Source of the DNA: a virus
Taxonomy: Duplodnaviria; Caudoviricetes
DNA: 64,000 nt
IMG/VR virus record: IMGVR_UViG_3300027782_000065
Location: 1-64,000 of that record
Strand: one strand, 5' to 3'
In this document: piece after piece, positions 34,837-44,923 of the stretch
How the letters are laid out: every line of letters starts with the position of its first letter
Position numbering within the stretch: the first letter of the stretch is position 1
The notes under the pieces: generated by a model
Seen by the model: the letters and a program-made list of their open reading frames with translations, nothing else
Told to the model about the DNA's origin: nothing
Databases searched by the model: none
Made by a program: the position numbers and the translations under genes

Positions 34837-37273
34837 TTGGTTGGATTATTCTATTATTTACCAGTATAGTTTTCTGATTTGGATCTCCAGTATTTAATCG
34901 GGAAGCAATCATATTACCATCTTTACCTACAGTTCTAATTGATGCATTGCCACCATAATTACGGTAATTTTCTGGTGGTTGTTTATTTTTATAATATTTA
35001 AGATCGTTTAAAAGTTTCTTTAAAGTTTCTAAATTATCTTTATTCTTAACATCAACATTAATATCCCATAAACCCAAGACATCTAAAGCTCCCAATGGAC
35101 CTTTTTTCTCAACTTTTAGATTGGTGCCATCAAGAGTTAATGTATAAGGACCCAATTGTAATATATCTTTCTTAAGATCTTGCATAGTATGAACAATTTC
35201 AGTCAATGGAGGAAGATTTTGTTTTGCTACTTTTGGGGCAGTTTTGTTTGCACCCAGATCTTCCAAAAATTTAACTGGATTCACTGTTCCTGCATATCCA
35301 TAAGTTGTAGATTTACCTTTTCTAATTTCATAATGTATTACCCCGGTTGCAGATAATCCCTGTACAACTTTATCTCCAGGATTAACCGAATCTCCTTTTT
35401 TAACTAAAACTTGTCTTCCTTCGGCAATTCTTTCAGTCACATTAAGTTTTGAATTATAAATGTCAATATAATTTCCATATCCTTTTGGAGATGGATCAAA
35501 ATCCTTATAAGTAACTACTCCACCAATTCTACTATAAAAGTAGTCATTTTCACCTATTGGAAAATCAACACCAGCGTGTTGTCTTTTTTTACCGTCTTTA
35601 CCTATTCTTTCGGCACCATATTGTTGACCAGATAAATTTCTTTCTGGAAGTGGGGGAAGTTTTCTTTGACTTACTTTAGTAATTGCTTTTGGAAGCTTAC
35701 CTTTGTATTTTTTATAAAAACCTCTTGCATAATTTTGACGCTTTGTAAGACCATCGCTTGCTACCTCATATTTTTCATACCAAATTTGAGCTGCCTCTTC
35801 AGGAGTTTTTGCATTTTTAATCTCATTATAAGCAGTATTATAACTTCCTTCCAATTCGACCCAAGTCCATTCCAATTGAGTGTCAATATTTTCTGGATCG
35901 TATTTCTTTTTCTTGGCCCATTTTACCAATTGACCCCATCTATCACCATCACCACCATTTCCCCATTGAAATATTCCAATAAATTTGCCACCATTTCCTC
36001 TTTGAGAATGGGCAATCGTTGGATTAAATCCACTTTCTTGTTGAGCATTTCCCATAATTCCCGAAACAGCGATATCAGATAATTTTTTCCCCTTAAAGAA
36101 ATTCCAAACTCTGTCGGCACCTTGTCCTTCAAAAACTGTTGCTCCCTCAAGTCCACCACCTCCATTACCATCTCCAGTATCATTAGGATTTCCTCTATCA
36201 GTAGCATTTCCACTTTTATCATCTTTAAGTTTTGATTTTAACTTATTAACTGCTTTCAATCTTTCTGTAATATCTTCAAATTTATTAGTATTTTCCTCAC
36301 TCATCTTAGTGTTTCTTTCCGAATTTTTAGTATTCTTATTAAATGCTCCAAAATAATTGACAGATTGAACTGCCTTTCTTCCTTTTGCAGTCCCACCAGG
36401 TCTAGCAAATGGTGAGGTTGCAACTGTTGATGTTCTTGTTTCTGGTCGTGCTGAAGTTCCCACAGCATTTGATCTGGAACTAGATACAGTGCCACCAGAA
36501 GCAAGTTTTTGCTTTGGTCTTTTCTGTTGTTGTATTGATGTAATTTGTTGTTGGGCACCATTCATAACTTGAGGATTTTTTAATGCTGTTGCATAATTTG
36601 CATATGTTTTTCCAGTTGTGCTCGAATAATATTTTCCTTTACTTTTAGCATATGCTTGTGCCGCAGTTGCAGATGCTGCTGTCGATGGTTTTGCTGTTGG
36701 TTTTGGATTAAAGAATGAAGTCCATTTAGTAATTAAATCTTTAATTTCTTTTTCTGAGTTATTGTATAAATTACCCAAACCATCAATTTGTTTTTTTATA
36801 TCTTGAGTGGTTTTAGCAATAGTGGCATAAGTTCCTCCAGCAAATTTGGAAAAATTATTAACTAAATCAATAAATCCCAGTATTCCCTTTCCAATTGTTT
36901 TAATAGTCCATTCAATAGTCTTAAGAATCCAAGGATTATTGCCAAAAAATTTCTGTAGTCCTGCAATAATTTTGGGAAGATTATTCACCAATAATCCAAA
37001 AACAATAATTGTAAGAAATTCCTTTATCTTATCAAGAATACTCATTGGACCAGCAATTAGTCTTTGTTTGATATTAGATCCTATGGATTTAATTTTCTCT
37101 AGAGGACTTTCAATCTTATTTTCCTTTTCATTTTTTTTATTTTCACTTTCTTCTTTGGAGAAGAAACTTTTTCTATCCGATCTTATTTTCTTAGATTGCT
37201 TGCCATAAGAAAACAAAGAACTCTTTATATTAGTAACGTTTAGTTTTAATTTTTTTAATTCTGTAGTTTTCAT
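34820..37273 (-). CDS. tail-associated lysin: phage-tail-lysozyme domain plus M23-like domain
   Basis: GIMGNAQQESGFNP...GIFQW...QLEWTWVEL; later HAGVDF...GYGNYIDI...IHYEIR. Confidence 0.8.
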   Translation of the reverse strand: MKTTELKKLKLNVTNIKSSLFSYGKQSKKIRSDRKSFFSKEESENKKNEKENKIESPLEKIKSIGSNIKQRLIAGPMSILDKIKEFLTIIVFGLLVNNLPKIIAGLQKFFGNNPWILKTIEWTIKTIGKGILGFIDLVNNFSKFAGGTYATIAKTTQDIKKQIDGLGNLYNNSEKEIKDLITKWTSFFNPKPTAKPSTAASATAAQAYAKSKGKYYSSTTGKTYANYATALKNPQVMNGAQQQITSIQQQKRPKQKLASGGTVSSSRSNAVGTSARPETRTSTVATSPFARPGGTAKGRKAVQSVNYFGAFNKNTKNSERNTKMSEENTNKFEDITERLKAVNKLKSKLKDDKSGNATDRGNPNDTGDGNGGGGLEGATVFEGQGADRVWNFFKGKKLSDIAVSGIMGNAQQESGFNPTIAHSQRGNGGKFIGIFQWGNGGDGDRWGQLVKWAKKKKYDPENIDTQLEWTWVELEGSYNTAYNEIKNAKTPEEAAQIWYEKYEVASDGLTKRQNYARGFYKKYKGKLPKAITKVSQRKLPPLPERNLSGQQYGAERIGKDGKKRQHAGVDFPIGENDYFYSRIGGVVTYKDFDPSPKGYGNYIDIYNSKLNVTERIAEGRQVLVKKGDSVNPGDKVVQGLSATGVIHYEIRKGKSTTYGYAGTVNPVKFLEDLGANKTAPKVAKQNLPPLTEIVHTMQDLKKDILQLGPYTLTLDGTNLKVEKKGPLGALDVLGLWDINVDVKNKDNLETLKKLLNDLKYYKNKQPPENYRNYGGNASIRTVGKDGNMIASRLNTGDPNQKTILVNNRIIQPIVVSA

Positions 37274-37277
37274 ATAA

Positions 37278-39503
37278 TTAACCTATCCCCTTTCCTATTC
37301 CCAAACTAGTCATCCAACCACCCATAGCTTCCGCAAACAGTCCATTAATTGGTGATATGTTGGGCAATGGAGTAGGATCTCCTCCAGATACTGGAACACT
37401 TCCTACTTTGTTTTTATTAGTAAGATCAATAGCAGAATTTGTTTCTACCATATTAAACACTTTTATAGAAGGTCCTGATGGTTTTAGTGATTCTAGGTTT
37501 TTTCTATTGGCAGAAAATAGACTACTTAGATTATCTGTAGATGGATTTTTAGTTTTGAACGGCAATAATCCAATAGGAGATGCTGTTGATTCTGGTGATG
37601 CTGATGATGTTGTTGGTTTTGGTTTTGGTGGTGGAAGATTACCAACTTGTTCCCCAATTCTAGGAGAGTTTGGATTTCCAGGATCTCCTAGTGCTCCAGG
37701 TTTGCTGGCATCTGGCATCGCTCTATTATTACCACCACCTCCACTAGTTGGAGTAGGGGCAGCAGCACCACCACCACTAGTTGCAGGAGCACCACCACCT
37801 CCACTAGTTACAGGAGTAGGAGCAGCAGCAGGAGCAGGAGCACCACCACCTCCACTAGTTACAGGAGTAGGAGCAGCAGCAGGAGCAGGAGCACCACCTC
37901 CTCCACCAGAACTACCACCTCCACTAGTTACAGGAGTAGGAGCGGCAGGAGCACCACCACCGCCACCACCGCCAGGACGTGTTGGTTTGTTCTTCAACAT
38001 CGTATCATTATATTTTTTACGCAATCTTCTTTCTTCTTCCTTTAAGACCTTATCATAATCTTCAAGAACTTTAGAAAATCTAGTATTATTTTCTGCCTGA
38101 ACAGTATTTGTAGATTCTTGTTTCTTTATACCTTCTGCAAATTTAAGCCACTCTCTGCCACCATTACTATTAATGTCTTTCAGAAGTGGTCTGAAAAGCA
38201 TCGCTGCACTAGTTTTGATAACTTCTTCACCCTCATCAAGCATTACTCTTCTACCGCCACGAACCATTGCTGGAACGGTATCTGTTCCTGGGCGATCTCC
38301 CTTACCAACTGTTCCACCTGTTGAAAAATGTGGAAACATAGAACAAGAAGTGCATTTCTTTTTGGGTTTTTCAATTGTTCCACCTTCTGCTTTGGCGTCG
38401 GCCGACGCAAGAGCAGAAAAAATATTCCATAAGGTACTAAAAGTTGCTGCCGTAATAGCACCTGCTCCAGTAAGTGCGGTTGTGTCTATATTTCCCATTC
38501 CTTGCACAATACCATCTATCCAAGAAGGATTTCCTTGTGATTGGAAGGCAGGTTGAGGTTGGGGTTGGGGTTTTCGTGTAGGTATTCCAGCTACAGGAGG
38601 AAGATTTAGTGGTTTTCCTGCAGGGCCAAGTAAAGGAGGTACAACAGGAACTGGAGGTATAGAAGCACCTCCAACTAAACCTTTTGCACCTTGTACGAAA
38701 ATAGCATTTTTAAGTAAATTTTGTGCTAAAGATGTTACATTAGCAGGATCACCAAAACAACTCAACATTTGATTACAAATGTTAGGAATACCTCCTCCAC
38801 CACCGGGAGGTTTCTTTTTGAATAGATCAATAAGACCTTTAAGAGCCTTAGCAGCACCAACTACCTTGAGTAGAACACTTAAAAGTTTGGCGGTTCCTAA
38901 TATAATTAAAATTTCTTTCCAATGATCAACTACAAAATCAAAAAATTTCTTTAATTTTTCTCGGTTTTCTTTCTTTGATAACCAATTAAATGCATTATTG
39001 ACAATTAAACCAGTAAGTATTATTGAAAAGAAATCTATTAACTTTTGAAATATACTCTTTATTGGTGCAGTAACTCTATCAAAAATTCTTTCTGCAATAT
39101 TTTTTTTAGGTTCTTCAATCTTTTTCTCTTTATCCGATACTTTTTTTCTTGATATTCTTTTCTTATCTTTTTCTAATTGTAATTTTTCTGCTGCAATTCT
39201 ACTTAAATGATCAAGTGCTAATTGATTTTGAACTTGTACTAAAATTTTATTTGTTGATCCAAGAAAAGATTCTATGATAGAAAATTTCTTATCAGTATCT
39301 CCTTCTTTTTTTAGAATTGGTCCTAAACTTTCTGTGGTAAGACCTTCTTCTATTTTTGGTTTTACAAAAGATCTGGCAAAACTAAAATTTGTTTTCTTTA
39401 ATGCAATCTGTGGTTTAATGGCACCAGTAATTAGTGCAGACTTAATGTTCCTTCTGCCTAACTTGGGTATTGCTGGTGCCGAATAAACCTGATTAAGATC
39501 CAC
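37278..39503 (-). CDS. tape-measure-like/baseplate hub protein with Pro/Gly/Ala-rich linker
   Basis: Coiled N-terminus, GG...GTDTVPAMV...GEEVI motif, tandem GGGGAPAPAAAPTPVTS repeats. Confidence 0.6.
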   Translation of the reverse strand: MDLNQVYSAPAIPKLGRRNIKSALITGAIKPQIALKKTNFSFARSFVKPKIEEGLTTESLGPILKKEGDTDKKFSIIESFLGSTNKILVQVQNQLALDHLSRIAAEKLQLEKDKKRISRKKVSDKEKKIEEPKKNIAERIFDRVTAPIKSIFQKLIDFFSIILTGLIVNNAFNWLSKKENREKLKKFFDFVVDHWKEILIILGTAKLLSVLLKVVGAAKALKGLIDLFKKKPPGGGGGIPNICNQMLSCFGDPANVTSLAQNLLKNAIFVQGAKGLVGGASIPPVPVVPPLLGPAGKPLNLPPVAGIPTRKPQPQPQPAFQSQGNPSWIDGIVQGMGNIDTTALTGAGAITAATFSTLWNIFSALASADAKAEGGTIEKPKKKCTSCSMFPHFSTGGTVGKGDRPGTDTVPAMVRGGRRVMLDEGEEVIKTSAAMLFRPLLKDINSNGGREWLKFAEGIKKQESTNTVQAENNTRFSKVLEDYDKVLKEEERRLRKKYNDTMLKNKPTRPGGGGGGGAPAAPTPVTSGGGSSGGGGGAPAPAAAPTPVTSGGGGAPAPAAAPTPVTSGGGGAPATSGGGAAAPTPTSGGGGNNRAMPDASKPGALGDPGNPNSPRIGEQVGNLPPPKPKPTTSSASPESTASPIGLLPFKTKNPSTDNLSSLFSANRKNLESLKPSGPSIKVFNMVETNSAIDLTNKNKVGSVPVSGGDPTPLPNISPINGLFAEAMGGWMTSLGIGKGIG
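37793..37894. repeat. 51-bp in-frame tandem duplication with degenerate flanking copies
   Basis: CCACCACCTCCACTAGTTACAGGAGTAGGAGCAGCAGCAGGAGCAGGAGCA occurs twice. Confidence 0.8.
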
Positions 39504-39666
39504 TTTGATTCTTTGCGTTTTCTTCTTCTATATGCTGTTGTAAGAGAGATACATAGATATCTCTTTCCCAAGGAAGCATATTTTCAATATCCCATAATGA
39601 ATATTTATGATGCTGCATCAAAGCAAAATTAATTTTAAAATATGACTCAAGATTGGTATGAGCCAT
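39493..39666 (-). CDS. gp51: baseplate hub assembly protein gp51 (57 aa, not in the ORF track)
   Basis: Manual translation MAHTNLESYFKINFALMQHHKYSLWDIENMLPWERDIYVSLLQQHIEEE...; directly after gp26. Confidence 0.8.
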   Translation of the reverse strand: MAHTNLESYFKINFALMQHHKYSLWDIENMLPWERDIYVSLLQQHIEEENAKNQSGS

Positions 39667-39668
39667 TA

Positions 39669-40391
39669 TTAGGTGAAAAAACTTGCTAAGCCCTCCAGTA
39701 CTACTTCACTTTCAATTTCAGTCTTAGGATTTTTTACTACAATTGTATGAGACAACTTAGGCATAGTTGTAAAGAAAGATTCAATTTCTTTAAACTGCTT
39801 GGTATTCATTTGCTCAACAAATTCCTTAAGTTCTTTCTTGGTGCAATCCTTAGAAGACCAAGATTCTTCGGCATTATAAACCATATCAATACAGGATGTG
39901 ATCATCATTAAAGATTTATCAACATCAGTTTCTTCTTCACTGAATTCAAAGTTATTTTCAATAAATTGATCCAAAGAAGGATACTTCATTTTCATTGAAA
40001 GAGTATCATCAAGTTTTACAATACTGTTATGATTTGGATCTCTCTGAACTTTAATCGTATCAATATCAATTTCCATTGATACTTGAGTTTCTCCATCATC
40101 TGGGCAAGTAATATTAACTTCAATAGTTTCCCCAACTGATTTGGCACGAACATTCAGGAACAAATATTCAATGTCAAATGTAGAAAGTTCGGAAATCTTC
40201 ACACCCTTACTAAGAATACATTCTGTCAAGATCTGAACAATTGCATTAGAAATCTGTTTCATATCTTCAGATTCCAATGCCATAATCAGAATTTTTTCTT
40301 CTTTAACTAGAAATGGGCGATATCTGATCTTTTTTTCATTTGAAGGCAATTCCAACTCATATGTTGGTGTAGAAATTTTTGGTAAAGGCAT
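39669..40391 (-). CDS. gp26: baseplate hub subunit gp26
   Basis: MPLPKI.TPTYEL.LPS..K.I.YRPFLVKEEKIL...DIEYLFLN.RAKSVGE...CPDD. Confidence 0.9.
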   Translation of the reverse strand: MPLPKISTPTYELELPSNEKKIRYRPFLVKEEKILIMALESEDMKQISNAIVQILTECILSKGVKISELSTFDIEYLFLNVRAKSVGETIEVNITCPDDGETQVSMEIDIDTIKVQRDPNHNSIVKLDDTLSMKMKYPSLDQFIENNFEFSEEETDVDKSLMMITSCIDMVYNAEESWSSKDCTKKELKEFVEQMNTKQFKEIESFFTTMPKLSHTIVVKNPKTEIESEVVLEGLASFFT

Positions 40392-40420
40392 AATGACCTA
40401 TAGAATTCAGGTTTAGTTAT

Positions 40421-41209
40421 TTATTGGGGAAAATCTTTTATTGTAATCGTGGGTTGTTCTGGACCAAGTACTGCATCATAAGCTCTTTGTAAATCATCAC
40501 CCTGAAAAGAACCTGGTGGATTAACAACCGGAGCATATTCTCTTCTTGCAATATAACGATCATAGTTCATAGTAACTGTTACTTTTAATACTTCCGATTC
40601 ACCATAAGATACTGATAGTGAAGAAACAGATTTTGGAAATGCATTTATCAGTTGAAAAGAAATATTAGGAGCATTTGAAGTTTGCCAATCTTTTTCAAAC
40701 TTTTTAATATAAATTCCACTCTTATTCTTATAAAGATTGGGATAATTAAATCTTCTATAATAATTACCAAGTTGCAAAGCATTATCATTATCTATAGCAA
40801 CTTTTGCTCCACCAGAAATAAAATCCATCCAAGCTTCAAAAAAACCTAAAACCTTATATTCTCTGTCAATATAAAAAGTAAAATCAATATCCGTATTAAT
40901 TCTTGTATGGGCAAACTCTTGGGATACTCCCATAAAATTATCTTTTACTTCTGAAGTTGCATAAGATGATGTCGGAATAGTTGCTTCAGAACATAAAAGA
41001 CCTAAAGTATTTGAAAAATCATTTTCAAAATTAATTACACCATACCTACTGGCACCTTTTTTTAAATGTGTTAAAAAATTTTGCTCCGTTGCATCACGAC
41101 CAATTCCCCACTGTGGAGTAATATAAACCTGATACAAATTGGTCCTTGCCAAGTTAAGAAAACTTGGCAAAGTAGTCATATTGACTTGTCCAATTGGTGG
41201 AATTGCCAT
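40421..41209 (-). CDS. tail tube-like protein (gp19/gp54 family)
   Basis: LARTNLYQV...CSEATIP...DFTFYID...FFEAWMDFI...LINAFPKSV. Confidence 0.8.
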   Translation of the reverse strand: MAIPPIGQVNMTTLPSFLNLARTNLYQVYITPQWGIGRDATEQNFLTHLKKGASRYGVINFENDFSNTLGLLCSEATIPTSSYATSEVKDNFMGVSQEFAHTRINTDIDFTFYIDREYKVLGFFEAWMDFISGGAKVAIDNDNALQLGNYYRRFNYPNLYKNKSGIYIKKFEKDWQTSNAPNISFQLINAFPKSVSSLSVSYGESEVLKVTVTMNYDRYIARREYAPVVNPPGSFQGDDLQRAYDAVLGPEQPTITIKDFPQ

Positions 41210-41210
41210 C

Positions 41211-41218
41211 TATAAATA
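41211..41218 (+). promoter_or_regulatory. T4 late promoter TATAAATA
   Basis: Exact consensus upstream of gp4; a divergent CTAAATA lies on the minus strand at about 41243-41249. Confidence 0.7.
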
Positions 41219-41249
41219 TTTCTATAACACTATATTATAAAGTATTTAG

Positions 41250-41687
41250 ATGTCTTATAAGGGAAAATATCAACCATCATTTCCCCAAAAGTATAAAGGA
41301 AATACCACAAATATTGTGTATAGATCTTTATGGGAAAGAAAATTTATGGTGTATTGTGATACTAATGAAAATATTTTGGAATGGGGAAGTGAAGAAATTG
41401 CACTTCCTTATAGATCCCCAATAGATAATAAGATTCATAGATACTTTCCAGATTTCTATATTAAAACCAAAGAAAGTAATGGGGAAGTTAAAAAATATTT
41501 GATTGAGATTAAACCAAAAAAACAAACAGTAGAACCAATACCACAAAAAAGAAAAACAAAAGGATATATCTATGAGGTTTATGAGTATGTCAAGAATCAG
41601 GCAAAATGGAAAGCAGCAGAAGAGTTTTGTAAGGATCGTCAGTGGGTGTTTAAAGTTCTCACCGAACAAGATTTAAATATAAAGTAA
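41250..41687 (+). CDS. gp4: head completion nuclease gp4
   Basis: Y.G.Y.P..P.KY.G...IVYRSLWER.FM..CD.N.NI..W.SEE...YFPDF...IEIKP..Q. Confidence 0.9.
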   Translation: MSYKGKYQPSFPQKYKGNTTNIVYRSLWERKFMVYCDTNENILEWGSEEIALPYRSPIDNKIHRYFPDFYIKTKESNGEVKKYLIEIKPKKQTVEPIPQKRKTKGYIYEVYEYVKNQAKWKAAEEFCKDRQWVFKVLTEQDLNIK

Positions 41688-42226
41688 TGGCACTTACAGG
41701 ACTTGAAAAACCATTAGAACAATATAATAGGGACGACATTCGTAAGATTGCGGTTCTTTATGGAATTCCATTAAACAAAATTATTAGTCAAAAACTTACC
41801 AAGGCACAGGTAATTGATGCGATTCGCAATAGTCCAAAATATCAGGAGAAACAACAAAGAAGACCCACAGATGATAACAGTAATCGTGTTCGCAATATAA
41901 TTAATAATTTAATTGGAAATGAAGATCCAGATGATTTGATGGTTGAAATAATATCAGTTTTAAGTGAAAGTGGAAAGGTTCCTAGTGCAGGAAAATATTA
42001 TGTATTTGTCTATAATCCCAAAACACCAAATATTCAATATGATCAGAATCCCCTAGTAGCAGTTACTGATGTTTTTTCTTGGGGATTTAGAGGAATTAAT
42101 TTTCATTGGGGAGAAATTCGCCAATACACTTGGGATGAAGTTGCTAAAGGAATTTATGAAGTTTATTCTTGGGAAATAAAAGATCTTCAGGCAATACCAT
42201 TTGGAAAATTTCGTCTAAATAGTTAG
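41687..42226 (+). CDS. conserved phage protein (possibly DNA end-protector gp2-like)
   Basis: GKYYVFVYNPKTP...YDQNPLVAV...GINFHW; located between gp4 and gp48. Confidence 0.6.
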   Translation: MALTGLEKPLEQYNRDDIRKIAVLYGIPLNKIISQKLTKAQVIDAIRNSPKYQEKQQRRPTDDNSNRVRNIINNLIGNEDPDDLMVEIISVLSESGKVPSAGKYYVFVYNPKTPNIQYDQNPLVAVTDVFSWGFRGINFHWGEIRQYTWDEVAKGIYEVYSWEIKDLQAIPFGKFRLNS

Positions 42227-42235
42227 AAAAGGATA

Positions 42236-43177
42236 ATGACACAGGTATTAAGATATCCTTATGAAGCTATAACCGATAGTACCGACTATTTGCAGATTAC
42301 TATTTCGGCATATACACCTCCAGGAACAACTCTTGTTAGAACTAATATCCTAAACAATGCAGATGCGGTTAATGTTAGTGAAACTAGACCCATTACGGAT
42401 AAAAATATACAATCTTTAACTCAAGATGGTGTTATATTATTACCAATGCCGTCCAACATTCAAGATGGAAATTCAGTAAGTTATGGTGAGAGTAGTGTAG
42501 ATGCTTTTACGGCAATTGGGGCTGCGAGTGCAGGAAACATGATGAATACCGATTTTACAAACGCAAAGACTGTCAATAACAAAAAGGTATTTGATATCAC
42601 TGGAGGATTAAGCAAAATTGCAACTGAAGGTATAGAAGCAATAAAAGATCTTCAAGATGCTGGTGCTCAAAAAATGATTTTAAAGGCATTAGCTGCAGAG
42701 GCTGTTAGTGTTTTTGGGGGAAATATTACTGCTAATCAATTACTTGCAAGAGAAAGTGGACAAATATTGAATCCAAATATGGAACTTCTATTCAATGGAG
42801 TTACCTTAAGGACATTTAGATTTTCATTTAAGATGACTCCAAGAGATGATAAGGAAAGTGAGCAAATTAAATATATTATGAGAAGTCTTAAAAGAAATAT
42901 GGCAGCAAAAAGTGGCGGTGAAGGTAAAAATACTTTTTTAAATGCTCCCAATATTTTTGAACTTACATATAGAAAAGGTAATAATAATCATCCATTTTTA
43001 CATAAATTTAAGCCGTGTGCATTGACAGATATGGCAGTTAATTATACTGGCGAAAATGTATATGCAACTTATCATGATGGAACTCCAGTTTCAATGACTA
43101 TGGATTTGACATTTAAAGAATTAGTTCCAATTTATGGCCTTGATTATAAAGATTCAGACACAACAGTAGGATACTAA
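42236..43177 (+). CDS. gp48: baseplate tail-tube cap gp48
   Basis: LRYP...ILLPMPSNIQDGN...NPNMELLFNGVTLRTFRFSFKMTPR...FK.CALTDM.VNYT. Confidence 0.9.
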   Translation: MTQVLRYPYEAITDSTDYLQITISAYTPPGTTLVRTNILNNADAVNVSETRPITDKNIQSLTQDGVILLPMPSNIQDGNSVSYGESSVDAFTAIGAASAGNMMNTDFTNAKTVNNKKVFDITGGLSKIATEGIEAIKDLQDAGAQKMILKALAAEAVSVFGGNITANQLLARESGQILNPNMELLFNGVTLRTFRFSFKMTPRDDKESEQIKYIMRSLKRNMAAKSGGEGKNTFLNAPNIFELTYRKGNNNHPFLHKFKPCALTDMAVNYTGENVYATYHDGTPVSMTMDLTFKELVPIYGLDYKDSDTTVGY

Positions 43178-43178
43178 A

Positions 43179-43907
43179 ATGGGATACTTCAGAGAACTAC
43201 CAGATTTAGAATATCTCTCACCACTTTCAGAAAGAACTTCTTCTTCTGATTATGTTCTGGCAAAAAATCTTTTTAGAAGAGTTAAGTTAAGAACAGATTT
43301 ACAAAATATTTTTACAGTCTTTGACAAATACCAAATTCAAGAAGATAAAAGACCAGATCAAGTTGCAGAAGAACTTTATGGATCAGCAAATCTTGATTGG
43401 GTAGTTTTAATTACTGCAGGTATCACTCATATCAGAGATCAGTGGCCACTATCCAATAAGGACATTTATGATTTTGCATATAATGTTTATGGAAATAATT
43501 TAACCAGCACACATCACTACGAAACAAAAGAAGTCAAAGACTCAAGTGGGAAATTAATTTTACCTGCTGGTCAAATTGTGGATTATAATTTCAAATCTCC
43601 GAGACCAAAAACAAAATTTGATGATAATGGAAATATTATTCCCGAAGAACCAACGAGTTCATATGTCAGATATTATGATTCTGCTTCTGGCATATATGTT
43701 AGAAAAGATAACATAACCATTTCAGTAACCAATTTGGAATATGAAATTAAAAAGAATGATGAAAAAAGAGGAATATATGTATTGAAACGTGGATATCTAC
43801 AACAATTCTTAAATGATACTAGAAATATAATGATATATCCAAAATCTTCCCAATACGTGAATACTCGCTTAATTAGAGGCGATAACGTTAGAATCAAGTC
43901 CCCATAA
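43179..43907 (+). CDS. gp53: baseplate wedge protein gp53
   Basis: MGYFRELPD.EY...KNLFRR...RPDQVAEELYGS..LDWVVLI...HHYET. Confidence 0.9.
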   Translation: MGYFRELPDLEYLSPLSERTSSSDYVLAKNLFRRVKLRTDLQNIFTVFDKYQIQEDKRPDQVAEELYGSANLDWVVLITAGITHIRDQWPLSNKDIYDFAYNVYGNNLTSTHHYETKEVKDSSGKLILPAGQIVDYNFKSPRPKTKFDDNGNIIPEEPTSSYVRYYDSASGIYVRKDNITISVTNLEYEIKKNDEKRGIYVLKRGYLQQFLNDTRNIMIYPKSSQYVNTRLIRGDNVRIKSP

Positions 43908-43931
43908 AAAAGGGGAGATTTCTCTCCCCGT
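43905..43931 (-). terminator. intrinsic terminator between convergent gp53 and gp32
   Basis: GGGGAGA/TCTCCCC stem followed by a T-run on the minus strand. Confidence 0.7.
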
Positions 43932-43936
43932 TCTTA

Positions 43937-44851
43937 TCACTCGGCAAGTTTTGCAAAGTAACTCAGAGTATCATCATCGTCTTCATCATAAGAAGAAGAT
44001 TTGGTAGAACTCAGATTACTCAGTTCTGTACGAAGATCTTCATCAAGGTCACGAACCGGACCACGGGAAGTTGATTCCTCATCGGCAACCTCAGGATCTT
44101 GACGACGAGTTCCTTTGTTACCAAGAACATAATCAAGACGCTTCTTCAGTTCATCATAGGACTTGAACTGATCAGGAGCAACGAGTTCTGCAAGAGAATA
44201 CTGCTTCTTCCAGATTGCTTCCATTGCATCATCATCGTCCAGAAGAGCACCTTGTGCGGCAAACTCACTGGAATCATAGTTACGATACCCAGCAACGTTC
44301 TTTGCTTTCAGTTTGAAGTTAGCACCCTGCCAGAAGTCAAACGGATCGATAGGAGTCTCATCCTCAAACTCAGGTTGCATTGCGGCAGTAATCTTATCAA
44401 AGATTTTCTTACCGAACTTATAAAGGAAAACTTTACCTTCGTTATCAGGATTTGCGGGATCCTTTACGACATAGATGTTGCTTACATAAGTCAGCTTACG
44501 CTTTTGCTTACGGGCAATCTCTTTACCAGCATCAGTACCATTGTTCCAGAGTTCAGAGTTCAGTTCCGACACAGGATCTTTCTGATTCAGTGTAGTCAAA
44601 CTGTTCTCAATGAACCAACCACCAGGACCTTGGAAGGCGTGTGAGTACAGTTTTACAAACGGCAGATCTTCGCCGTTAGGAGCAGGAAGAAAGCGAATAA
44701 CGGCATAACCATTGCCGCTCTTATCACATTCTAGTTTCCAGATGCGATCATCACCAGATGATGCGCTATTATTCATTTTTTCTACTTCTTTAACCAGTTT
44801 CGCAGTCAGCGAACCAAGTTTGGATTGTTTCTTAAGATCAGAAAAAGACAT
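43937..44851 (-). CDS. gp32: single-stranded DNA-binding protein gp32
   Basis: MSFSDLKK...D.SGNGYAVIRFLPAP...HAFQGPGGWFIENSLTT...YKFGKKIFDKI...acidic tail ending YFAKLAE. Confidence 0.95.
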   Translation of the reverse strand: MSFSDLKKQSKLGSLTAKLVKEVEKMNNSASSGDDRIWKLECDKSGNGYAVIRFLPAPNGEDLPFVKLYSHAFQGPGGWFIENSLTTLNQKDPVSELNSELWNNGTDAGKEIARKQKRKLTYVSNIYVVKDPANPDNEGKVFLYKFGKKIFDKITAAMQPEFEDETPIDPFDFWQGANFKLKAKNVAGYRNYDSSEFAAQGALLDDDDAMEAIWKKQYSLAELVAPDQFKSYDELKKRLDYVLGNKGTRRQDPEVADEESTSRGPVRDLDEDLRTELSNLSSTKSSSYDEDDDDTLSYFAKLAE

Positions 44852-44894
44852 TTGGATTTTTTGGGTAAATTGGATTTGTTGGATTTACTTAGAT

Positions 44895-44923
44895 ATTATA
44901 ACAAAAATGATCTCATTTGTCAA
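44895..44923 (-). promoter_or_regulatory. consensus sigma70 promoter for gp32
   Basis: TTGACA-17 nt-TATAAT. Confidence 0.85.

Noticed and set aside
37357-38058. 233-aa Pro/Gly-rich plus-strand ORF
   Set aside because: Antisense shadow of the low-complexity linker
41250-43907. Plus-strand block as an invertible element
   Set aside because: No flanking inverted repeats or recombinase were seen; it has its own late promoter and a terminator at the convergent junction, consistent with a fixed arrangement
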